A stretch of DNA of 28,579 bases from a virus. Its lineage: Duplodnaviria > Caudoviricetes. Positions 8,975 to 16,507 of the stretch are shown here, piece after piece (within the stretch, counting starts at the first letter, position 1; the number at the start of each line of letters is the position of its first letter). The stretch covers positions 1 to 28,579 of the IMG/VR virus record IMGVR_UViG_3300029825_000038, one strand, 5' to 3'. The notes beneath the pieces are model-generated. The model searched no databases. It had not been told where the DNA came from and was given only the letters and a program-made list of their open reading frames with translations. Position numbers and translations under genes: made by a program.

Positions 8975-9629
8975 ATGAATAGCAAAGCAGAAAACGCCCG
9001 GCGGCAACGCGCCGAGAACTACGCGGCAAGGTGCGTCGAACTGGCAAGGGAGCGGGAAGCCGTCCTTGCTGAATGCAGGCAGAAGCAGGCCGAACTTGAA
9101 AAACGGATACAGGCGGACGCCGAAGCCCGCCGCGCCGCCGCGCTGAAAGAATGGGAAGCGGCGCATTCCTTCCCGGAAATCGTTTCTCCGCTTGACCGCA
9201 TGGACGAACCGACGTCGCGCGTCTGGAACACTGGCGGCGTTGTGGAACGGCGCGTCGAGAACGACCACGGCGGCGTAAAGGCCGACGGCGAAAAGCCGGA
9301 TATGTCTTTGATTCCGCCCGCCGCGATGGAACTGACCGCCGCCGTGCTGACCTACGGCGCGCGCAAGTATTCGCTGTTATGGCTGAGAGCCATAACGACT
9401 TTTTCGTGCCGTGCTGACCTACGGCGCGCGCAAGTATTCGCCGGATAACTGGAAGAAGGTTGAAAGGAAGCGTTATATTGCGGCGTTGCTTCGGCACGTT
9501 TGCCGCGAAATGCGCGACCCCGGCGGCGTGGACGAGGAAACCGGGCTTCCGCACGTCGCGCATATCGGCGCAAACGCCGCGATTCTTTGCGGCCTATACG
9601 AAGAAGCGAAGAAAGGGGAATCGGAATGA
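8975..9629 (+). pseudogene. DUF5664 dATP/dGTP diphosphohydrolase-domain gene, frameshifted by a 67-bp duplication plus insertion
   Basis: The N-terminal part (GVKADGEKPDMSLIPPAAMELTAAVLTYGARKYS) is in the 8975 frame and the C-terminal part (VLTYGARKYSPDNWKK..RYIAALLRH..DEETGLPHVAH) is in the 9411 frame. Removing one 34-bp repeat and the 33-bp insert gives an intact 588-bp, 195-aa ORF. Confidence 0.85.
9341..9441 (+). repeat. 34-bp perfect direct repeats (9341-9374, 9408-9441) flanking a unique 33-bp hairpin insert (9375-9407)
   Basis: GCCGTGCTGACCTACGGCGCGCGCAAGTATTCGC occurs twice, separated by TGTTATGGCTGAGAGCCATAACGACTTTTTCGT. Confidence 0.97.
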
Positions 9630-10249
9630 AGATGGAATATTCAATCCGGCAGAGCGGCGGCAGCGTCGAGGGCGCCGTAGAGCGGGAAGAAATCGACAGA
9701 TTACAGCGGGCGTTCCTTGATGGGCGCACGCGGTATATTTTTAACGACGTGGACGGCCCGCAGGCCGTCGACCTGACCCGTTCGGAAAACGTGCTATGCT
9801 GGCCCGAGGAAAAAGAAACCCACGTGCTGGGCTTCCGTGAAGCAAAGAAAACCGTCCCCGGCGCTATTCTCTTTGACGACAACGACGAACCCGTCGTGAA
9901 CTTGTCCCCCGGACTTTATTTCTTGTCCCACCCGTTCACGTACACCGAAAAGAGCGGGAAAACCCCGGAATGGAATCAAGCTGATTCTTCCCGGCTGGTG
10001 AAGCTTTTGGAAAGCCGCTTCCCGGATATTCGGATATTCGACCCCATAAATTCACGTCTTGGCTATCTCAAAGCGGCCCCGACGGAGCCGAACGAAGAAT
10101 GGGCGCTGGCACAATGCGCCGGAATCCTTCATTACTGCAACGGCGTCTTGTTTGCGCCGGGCTGGCCCGATTCTTCCGGGTGCAACATGGAGCGCCGGGA
10201 AGCCGTCAACAGCGGGGTTCCCCGCTACTTCATCGGCGCAGATGTTTAG
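9626..10249 (+). CDS. Protein with C-terminal DUF4406/DUF1937-like (nucleoside 2-deoxyribosyltransferase-fold) domain
   Basis: YFLSHPFT, IFDPI, C...L..CNGVLFAPGWPDSSGCNMERREA. ATGA overlap with the DUF5664 stop and a GAAAGGGG RBS, so the start is trimmed from 9500. Confidence 0.75.
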   Translation: MKMEYSIRQSGGSVEGAVEREEIDRLQRAFLDGRTRYIFNDVDGPQAVDLTRSENVLCWPEEKETHVLGFREAKKTVPGAILFDDNDEPVVNLSPGLYFLSHPFTYTEKSGKTPEWNQADSSRLVKLLESRFPDIRIFDPINSRLGYLKAAPTEPNEEWALAQCAGILHYCNGVLFAPGWPDSSGCNMERREAVNSGVPRYFIGADV

Positions 10250-10295
10250 ACAGGCGATAAAAGCCCCATTCTATAACGGGGCATAATAACACACG

Positions 10296-10319
10296 GCCCC
10301 CGTTTTTACGGGGGCTTTT
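10296..10319 (+). terminator. Rho-independent terminator
   Basis: GCCCCCGT-TTTT-ACGGGGGC stem-loop followed by TTTT, between the nucleotide-metabolism operon and the small terminase gene. Confidence 0.65.
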
Positions 10320-10350
10320 CCATATTCGGAGAAAGGGGGCGGCGCGCATA

Positions 10351-10953
10351 ATGTCGCAGAAGAAGATACCGGGCGCTGCTAAAACGCCGCAGAGAAAGAA
10401 GCCGTACAAGACACGGACGGGCGTTGCAAATAAAACGAACTATCACGAATGGGAAGCGGAAGATAAAATTCTTCTGTTGCAAGGCTGGGCGCGCGACGGG
10501 CTGACAAACGAACAGATTGCCCATAACGTCGGCGTCCGGCCCGAAACTATAACGCGTTGGAAGAAACAAAGCCCACAAATTTGTAAGGCATTAAGAGAAG
10601 GCCGGGAAGTGCTGAACCGACAGCTTGAAAACGCGTTGATTAAACGGGCGCTGGGATTTGAGTACGTCGAGAAAATGACGGAAATTTCCGATACAGGGAA
10701 GAAGCACCGCGAAACCGTGAAGCGTTATCCGCCGAACGTGGGCGCACTTGTGTTCGCTTTGGTTAATCGCTTTAGCGACCATTACAAACAGAAGCGACCG
10801 GACGACACCGACAGCGAAGCCGCGTTGAAGAAGCTGGACGACGTTTTGGGCAAGCTGGACGACAGCACCGAGGACGCGCCCGACGACGAGAAGGGCGTTG
10901 TTTCCGCGCCCGTTGAGAGCGACGACGACGAGAAGGGCGGCGACGACAAATGA
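10351..10953 (+). CDS. terS: Terminase small subunit (N-terminal HTH)
   Basis: LLQGWARDGLTNEQIAHNVGVRPETITRWKK, ENALIKRALG, PPNVGALVFALVNR. Overlaps the terL start (ATGA). Confidence 0.85.
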   Translation: MSQKKIPGAAKTPQRKKPYKTRTGVANKTNYHEWEAEDKILLLQGWARDGLTNEQIAHNVGVRPETITRWKKQSPQICKALREGREVLNRQLENALIKRALGFEYVEKMTEISDTGKKHRETVKRYPPNVGALVFALVNRFSDHYKQKRPDDTDSEAALKKLDDVLGKLDDSTEDAPDDEKGVVSAPVESDDDEKGGDDK

Positions 10954-12194
10954 TATTCGCCCCGCATCAAATAAGGAATTGGAAGCATACAGTCGGGGAA
11001 TCGCACCGCTGGAACGTTTCCGAGGGGGCAACCCGTTCGGGCAAAACGTATATGGACTATTACAAGATTCCGTATCGAATCCGCAAGGCCGACCCGAACG
11101 GGCTGATTGTGCTTTTGGGCAACACGCAGGGCACGCTTGAAAGAAACATTCTGGAACCGCTCCGCTCCATTTGGGGCGGCGCGCTTGTCGGCACAGTCGG
11201 CGGTGCATCGAACCGGGTGCATATGTTCGGGCGCGACGTTTACGTCCTTGGCGCGGATAAGCAAAGCGCGGTCACGAAGATACAGGGCGGCGGCTTCTCT
11301 TATTGCTATGGCGACGAAATCGCGACGTGGGCCGAACCCGTGTTTCAAATGCTGAAATCGCGTCTTGACAAACCGGGAAGCTGTTTCGACGGGACGACGA
11401 ACCCAGACAACCCGAAGCACTGGCTTCATTCGTTCCTTCAATCGGACGTTGACGTTTACCGACAGCGGTTCACGCTGGACGAAAACCCGTTCGTTTCAGA
11501 GGATTTCAAGCGGAATCTGAAAAAGGAATACCGGGGCACGGTTTATTATGACCGCTATATTAACGGCCTATGGGTTGCCGCCGAGGGCATCATATACCGC
11601 ACGTTCGCGGATAACCCGGACGCGTTCATCATCGACGAGCCGAAGAAGGAAGATATAGCGTTTTGCACGATTGGCGTTGACTTCGGCGGCACAGGCTCCG
11701 CGCAGGCGTTCCAGTGTACCGGATTTCCGCGTTCCATGAACCGCGTGATTACGCTTGACGAGTATTACACGAAAGACCCCGTTGACCCGAAGGGGCTTGC
11801 GGACGCGTTCGTCGAGTTCGTCAAGCGGCAGTTGATGAAGGGGCGGCGCGTCGTGGAGATACGCGCAGACAGCGCCGAACAGGTGCTTATTCGCGGACTG
11901 CAAACGGCGCTCGCGAAAGCCGGGTTGCCTTATCAGGTGAAAAACGCCATGAAGGGAAGCATAAACGAACGTATCCGCTTCTATACTCTTTTGCAGGGGG
12001 CCGGGCGGTATCAGGTAGTCAAGACGTGCGAACACACGATTGACGCGTTTTCAACGGTAACGTGGAAGCCGGGCGCGCTCCGGGACGAACGCCTTGATAA
12101 CGGAACGTATAATATCGACACTTTAGACGCGCAGGAATATAGCACTGAGCCTTTTCAAGAACAGATTCTAAACATTATTTTGGCGGGGGGCTGA
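10950..12194 (+). CDS. terL: Terminase large subunit, PBSX family
   Basis: Walker A GATRSGKT, Walker B YGDE, GTTNPDNPKHW, GLWVAAEG, nuclease IGVDFG, IDTLDAQEYS. Confidence 0.95.
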   Translation: MIFAPHQIRNWKHTVGESHRWNVSEGATRSGKTYMDYYKIPYRIRKADPNGLIVLLGNTQGTLERNILEPLRSIWGGALVGTVGGASNRVHMFGRDVYVLGADKQSAVTKIQGGGFSYCYGDEIATWAEPVFQMLKSRLDKPGSCFDGTTNPDNPKHWLHSFLQSDVDVYRQRFTLDENPFVSEDFKRNLKKEYRGTVYYDRYINGLWVAAEGIIYRTFADNPDAFIIDEPKKEDIAFCTIGVDFGGTGSAQAFQCTGFPRSMNRVITLDEYYTKDPVDPKGLADAFVEFVKRQLMKGRRVVEIRADSAEQVLIRGLQTALAKAGLPYQVKNAMKGSINERIRFYTLLQGAGRYQVVKTCEHTIDAFSTVTWKPGALRDERLDNGTYNIDTLDAQEYSTEPFQEQILNIILAGG

Positions 12195-12199
12195 TAAAA

Positions 12200-13687
12200 A
12201 TGTCTGCAAATGTAGAAAACAAAACGGGCGTCGACGTGCGGCGCTGGCTCAAAAAGCAAGGTTATTCGACGTTGCCGTCTGACTGGTACGACAAAATCGA
12301 AGAATGGCGTTCATGGTACAAAGGCAAGGTTGATTCATTTCACTCATACAAGCAGTTCAACGGAAGCGTGTTCGTTCAGCGCACGCGGAAAACGCTTGGC
12401 ATGGCGAAGAAGGTTTCCGAAGATAAGGCGGATTTACTGCTAAACGACCGTTGCGAAATCAACGTATCGCCGCAGAACGCACAAAAATATCTTGACGACG
12501 TGTTAGACGATACGCTTTTCTGGCCCCGTGGGAATCAGCTTGTCGAACTGGCTTCCGCTCTAGGTTCCGGCGCTTTCGTCGAATATCTTTCCCGGGGCAA
12601 AATCGAAATAGATTGCGTTCCGGCGGATTGCTGTTTCCCGCTTGCGTGGAATAACGGCGAAGTCACGGAAAGCGCGTTCGCGTCCGAAGTGAACACCGTC
12701 ACGGGCCGCGTAACGTATGTAAACATTCATCGTTTGGCCCCGACCGGGAATTACTACGTCGAAAACCATATGCTTGATTGCGAGGGCAAGGAAATCGAAC
12801 TGCCCGCCGGGTTGCTTCCCGAGTTTGACACGAAAAGCGACACGCCGCTATTCCAGTATATCAAGCCCGCAGGCGTGAATAACTACGATTCAACTATCCC
12901 GATGGGGGTTTCCGTGTTCGCGAACGCGATTGATATTTTAAAGGGCGTCGATTTGGTGTATGATTCCTATTGCAACGAATTCCAGTTGGGCAAAAAGCGC
13001 ATTTTCGTTCGTGATTCCGCAACCCGTGTTAAAGCTGGCCCCGACGGCGTGACGTTCGTTCCCGTGTTTGACCCGAACGACACGGAATTCTATGCTTTCG
13101 ATATGAAGGAAACCGACGACCCGATTCACGAAATAGATATGAACTTGCGCGCAGAGCCGCACGAAATCGCGTTGCAACGTAACCTTGATTTGCTTTCCGA
13201 AAAATGCGGCTTCGGCAAGGGGTATTATCAGGCGACCGCCGACAGCGTGCAGACGGCAACGGGCGTTATATCACAGAATTCGCAGCTGTTCCGGCGTATC
13301 CGCAAGGACGAAATCATTCTGGAACACGCCTTGAAGGGGCTTGTTTCCGCCGTGTTCGTGCTGGGCGGGCAGACGCCGCCGCAGGAAATCAACATTTCTT
13401 TCGATGATTCTATCGTGGAAGATACCGACGCTGAAAGCAAGCGTGCCTTGCTGGAAGTGCAGGCGGGCGTTATTTCTCATAAACGCTATTTGATGAACGT
13501 CTACGACCTGACCGAAAAGCAGGCAGACGCGCTGGTTAAAGAAGCCGCCGACGAAGCCGGAACTTCGACCGAACCCGACCCCGGGAACCTATTCCCGGAA
13601 CAGCCGGGCGACGGGGAGGGCGACGGGGAGGGCGCGGAAGGGCCGCAGGACGGCGCGGGGGGCGACGGAAGCGGTTCAGAGGGGTAA
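12200..13687 (+). CDS. Portal protein (A118/SPP1 gp6-like)
   Basis: Follows terL. Contains WRSWYKG, LGMAKKV, GVSVFANAID, NEFQLGKKRIFV, TATGVIS, ISFDDSIVED and an acidic Gly-rich tail. Confidence 0.92.
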   Translation: MSANVENKTGVDVRRWLKKQGYSTLPSDWYDKIEEWRSWYKGKVDSFHSYKQFNGSVFVQRTRKTLGMAKKVSEDKADLLLNDRCEINVSPQNAQKYLDDVLDDTLFWPRGNQLVELASALGSGAFVEYLSRGKIEIDCVPADCCFPLAWNNGEVTESAFASEVNTVTGRVTYVNIHRLAPTGNYYVENHMLDCEGKEIELPAGLLPEFDTKSDTPLFQYIKPAGVNNYDSTIPMGVSVFANAIDILKGVDLVYDSYCNEFQLGKKRIFVRDSATRVKAGPDGVTFVPVFDPNDTEFYAFDMKETDDPIHEIDMNLRAEPHEIALQRNLDLLSEKCGFGKGYYQATADSVQTATGVISQNSQLFRRIRKDEIILEHALKGLVSAVFVLGGQTPPQEINISFDDSIVEDTDAESKRALLEVQAGVISHKRYLMNVYDLTEKQADALVKEAADEAGTSTEPDPGNLFPEQPGDGEGDGEGAEGPQDGAGGDGSGSEG

Positions 13688-13741
13688 ACACCCGGGCCGG
13701 GTTTTCCGGCCTTACATACGCGCAGAGGGGGTTTTAACGAA

Positions 13742-15655
13742 ATGGCTATCACAAAGAAGCAAATAGACGCGTATAACGCAAGTTTATACATGCTTTACGA
13801 AAATTTGCAGAATGACTTGATAGACGAAATATGCTCGCACTTCCGCGTTGACGCCGCGCCGTCCGCTATGGACGAATGGCGCTTCCAGCGTTTGGCGGAA
13901 ATGGGCGGCTTCACCCGCTCCGCCGTTCAGATTATCGCGAAGCGCACGGGAAGCGCCCCGGCCCTTGTCGAGAAAGCCGCGCGCGGGCTTGGCGTGGCGA
14001 CCGTGGCGGCGGACGACGCAAGATATAAAAGGGCGCGCACGCAAGGCTATTTCAAGACGACCCCGGTTCCCGCCGCTTCTTCCGCGGGGTTCCAGCGCAT
14101 CATGAAGGAAACAACCCGAAGCGCGACGACGTACTTGAACGCGACGCACACGACCGCGTTGCAGTCGTCGAAAACCGCGTTCACCAACGTAACGAATCAA
14201 GTATATCTGGAAGTCACAACGGGCGTATCGACCTACGCGGAAGCCGTCCGCAAAGCAACCCGGAAGCTGGCGGACGCTGGTATTACCGGGGCGACCTACG
14301 TTTCAAAGACCGGGCGCGTGACGCGCTCACAAATTGACGTCGCCGTCCGCCGAATGGTTGTCACGTCAAATTCACAGCTTGCCGGGCAGTTGCAAATAAA
14401 CCGCGCGAAAGAGTGGGGCAGTAACTTCGTGGAAACGTCGTCGCATATGGGCGCGCGCCCGACGCACGCCGTTTGGCAGGGCAAAATATTTCAATTAGAG
14501 GGCCGCGACAAGTACCCGAATTTTTATGAAGAATGCCACTTCGGGCGGGGCGACGGGATAAAGGGGTATAACTGCCAACATGATTTTTACCCGTTCTTCC
14601 CTGGCTTATCAGAACCCGCGTTCGACCATTACAACGAAGAAAAGAATAACGCGCAGTACGCCGCAGAACAGAAGCAAAGGACGTATGAAAACGCTATACG
14701 CACGCAGAAGCGCCGGGCAGTCGCCGCAAAGGCAACGGGGGACACCTACGAAGAAACCGCCGCACGCGTCAAACTGGGGCAGTTACAAAAGGCGTTGCGC
14801 GAACACGTTGAAGCGAATAATCTATACCGCGACCCGGCGCGTGAACAGATTGGAACGAAGGTTACGGCGCTCCGCTCCGCCCCCGCTCCGACCGCGCCGC
14901 CGAAGCTGACCCCGGCGACCACGACACCCGCCGCTCTGGCTCCGCGCGCGAAGGTAATTCGGGCCGAAGCTATCGGCAAGGCGTTCGCGGATATGCCCGA
15001 AGCGCAGACCGCCGCCGTTTCGCTTCTGGCGTCCGCTCCGGCGGATTCCGTGGGCGTCTGGAACGCAGCCCAGCCCGATATAAAGTTCGACACGCTGACA
15101 CAGCCCGGCGCGGGGGCGTGGTACAGCCCGCGCACAAAGGGGCTGACCATGAACGCGAAAATCGTTGCGGCGGGCGACCCCGTGCATACCCCATACAACA
15201 CGCTTTTTCACGAATCCGCGCATTTGATTGATTTCAAATACGGGACGCCCGGAAGTTTGTTTGAACTTGGTACGACCTTTTCGCGTGATTACGACAGCGG
15301 CGCGTTCAATACCGCGCTAACCCGCGACGTGGAAACGTGGATAACTTCGCAGGGCGGCGACCGAAGCGCTATGACGTTTCTGTTTAAGGCCGACAAGCGC
15401 GATTGGGGCGATTTCATGGATATGGTGCAGGCCGCGACACACGGGCGCGTCACGGGAAGCGTAGGGCACCCGAAGGGGTATTTCTCCGGGCGTTCGGGCA
15501 AGATAAGGCAGGCGACCGAAGCATTCGCGCAAATGTATGCGGCGGAAATCAGCAACCCGGAAAGTTTGAAGAACTTGCAGGCAGTCGTGCCGAACGCATA
15601 CAAAGTATTCCGGCGAATGGTGCCGGCGCTTGAAAAGAAAATGCGGAAAGGGTGA
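13742..15655 (+). CDS. MuF-family minor head protein (phage minor capsid 2) with C-terminal zincin-like metallopeptidase extension
   Basis: MuF core: DVAVRR, VETSSHMGARPTHAVWQGKIF, GIKGYNCQHDFYPFFPG, QKQRTYENAIR. Then a Pro/Thr linker, HESAH (15209-15223), GHPKGYF and EAFA. Confidence 0.88.
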   Translation: MAITKKQIDAYNASLYMLYENLQNDLIDEICSHFRVDAAPSAMDEWRFQRLAEMGGFTRSAVQIIAKRTGSAPALVEKAARGLGVATVAADDARYKRARTQGYFKTTPVPAASSAGFQRIMKETTRSATTYLNATHTTALQSSKTAFTNVTNQVYLEVTTGVSTYAEAVRKATRKLADAGITGATYVSKTGRVTRSQIDVAVRRMVVTSNSQLAGQLQINRAKEWGSNFVETSSHMGARPTHAVWQGKIFQLEGRDKYPNFYEECHFGRGDGIKGYNCQHDFYPFFPGLSEPAFDHYNEEKNNAQYAAEQKQRTYENAIRTQKRRAVAAKATGDTYEETAARVKLGQLQKALREHVEANNLYRDPAREQIGTKVTALRSAPAPTAPPKLTPATTTPAALAPRAKVIRAEAIGKAFADMPEAQTAAVSLLASAPADSVGVWNAAQPDIKFDTLTQPGAGAWYSPRTKGLTMNAKIVAAGDPVHTPYNTLFHESAHLIDFKYGTPGSLFELGTTFSRDYDSGAFNTALTRDVETWITSQGGDRSAMTFLFKADKRDWGDFMDMVQAATHGRVTGSVGHPKGYFSGRSGKIRQATEAFAQMYAAEISNPESLKNLQAVVPNAYKVFRRMVPALEKKMRKG

Positions 15656-15661
15656 CGCACG

Positions 15662-15841
15662 ATGAAGGATATAAAAGACCGTCTGGCGGACGCGTTGTTT
15701 GCCTACCGTGACAGGTTCGGGGAAGCCTATACCGTGGGATACGGGAACGACAAGCTGAACGACGAGGATATTATAAAAGATATTCGGACTTTTATCCGGC
15801 TTGGCATCCCGAAACGCTACGGCGACGATAAAATCTATTAA
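15662..15841 (+). CDS. 59-aa small protein, candidate immunity partner of the MuF peptidase domain
   Basis: Hand-translated as MKDIKDRLADALFAYRDRFGEAYTVGYGNDKLNDEDIIKDIRTFIRLGIPKRYGDDKIY*. It has a GAAAGGG RBS, starts 6 bp after the MuF stop and ends just before a terminator. Absent from the ORF track, whose shortest entries are 60 aa. Confidence 0.75.
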   Translation: MKDIKDRLADALFAYRDRFGEAYTVGYGNDKLNDEDIIKDIRTFIRLGIPKRYGDDKIY

Positions 15842-15858
15842 CAATTTGTTCACAAATG

Positions 15859-15892
15859 CGCCCCGCTGACCGTCAAAGCGGGGCGTTTTTTT
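15859..15892 (+). terminator. Rho-independent terminator
   Basis: CGCCCCGCT...AGCGGGGCG 9-bp stem followed by T7. Confidence 0.85.
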
Positions 15893-15913
15893 CTATGGTA
15901 AAAAATGGTACAA

Positions 15914-16242
15914 TGTTGCCGCTCCGCGAGTGGCAACACGAAACGGCAACACGGGTTACAAGTAAACCAAAACCCCGAAACCCCCATTATTACTACCTTT
16001 TTTACTCTTTAAAGAGGGTATAAATATAAGATGTTGCCAATGTTGCCAATGTTGCCGTTGTTTGAACATAAGTTGGAACTGACCGAATTTACTTCAACTA
16101 AGTAAAGTAAATTCGACGAGTATAGAAAGTGTTGAAATAGGGGCAACAGCGGCAACATTGGCAACATGGGGCCTTAAACCCGCATGGGGCCTACGTTTTT
16201 CGTGTTGCCGCTCCGCGCGAACGAACGACGGGCGGCAACACG
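15914..16242. repeat. Iteron-rich palindromic element, copy 2
   Basis: 11 TGTTGCC/GGCAACA heptamers. 15970-16068 is identical to 6906-7004, and similarity spans about 15932-16166 versus 6868-7103. Confidence 0.9.
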
Positions 16243-16507
16243 GCGGAAAACCGGGGTGTATTGGGCAAAATTCGTTCATAATTTATTCATAAACAGTCAA
16301 TCCGCCCACCCTATGTTCAAATGAGGGTGCGCGCGAAAACTTGCCGGGTTGTATAAATTCCGCATACAACAACGATTATAAATTTGACAGGGGCAGTTCT
16401 TGCCCCGCGTACATTAGCCGTTCCCGCGCGGAGTGAAAAAAGGCGGGGCCGCGAACCGGGCACAGGCCGGAATAAAAAGGGTGCGGCGCAGGAAGGGGAA
16501 CACGGTT

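Noticed and set aside
9341-9441. Annotating the repeat-spacer-repeat unit as a functional CRISPR array
   Set aside because: There are only two repeats, the repeat is DUF5664 coding sequence, and there is no leader or cas operon. It is reported as an insertion instead.
1774-10249. 2-aminoadenine (Z-genome) system suggested by PolA plus DUF5664
   Set aside because: No purZ or datZ is in the window, DUF5664 is disrupted, and restriction-site avoidance fits unmodified DNA.
13607-13634. 12-bp tandem repeat in the portal tail (GDGEGDGEG), and the DDEKG duplication in terS
   Set aside because: These are ordinary low-complexity, in-frame repeats in disordered acidic tails.
16384-16415. TTGACA...TACATT possible promoter upstream of the scaffold gene
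   Set aside because: The 20-bp spacing is too long for a sigmaA promoter. The GGGGCA/TGCCCC palindrome in the spacer could be an activator site, but nothing else supports that.
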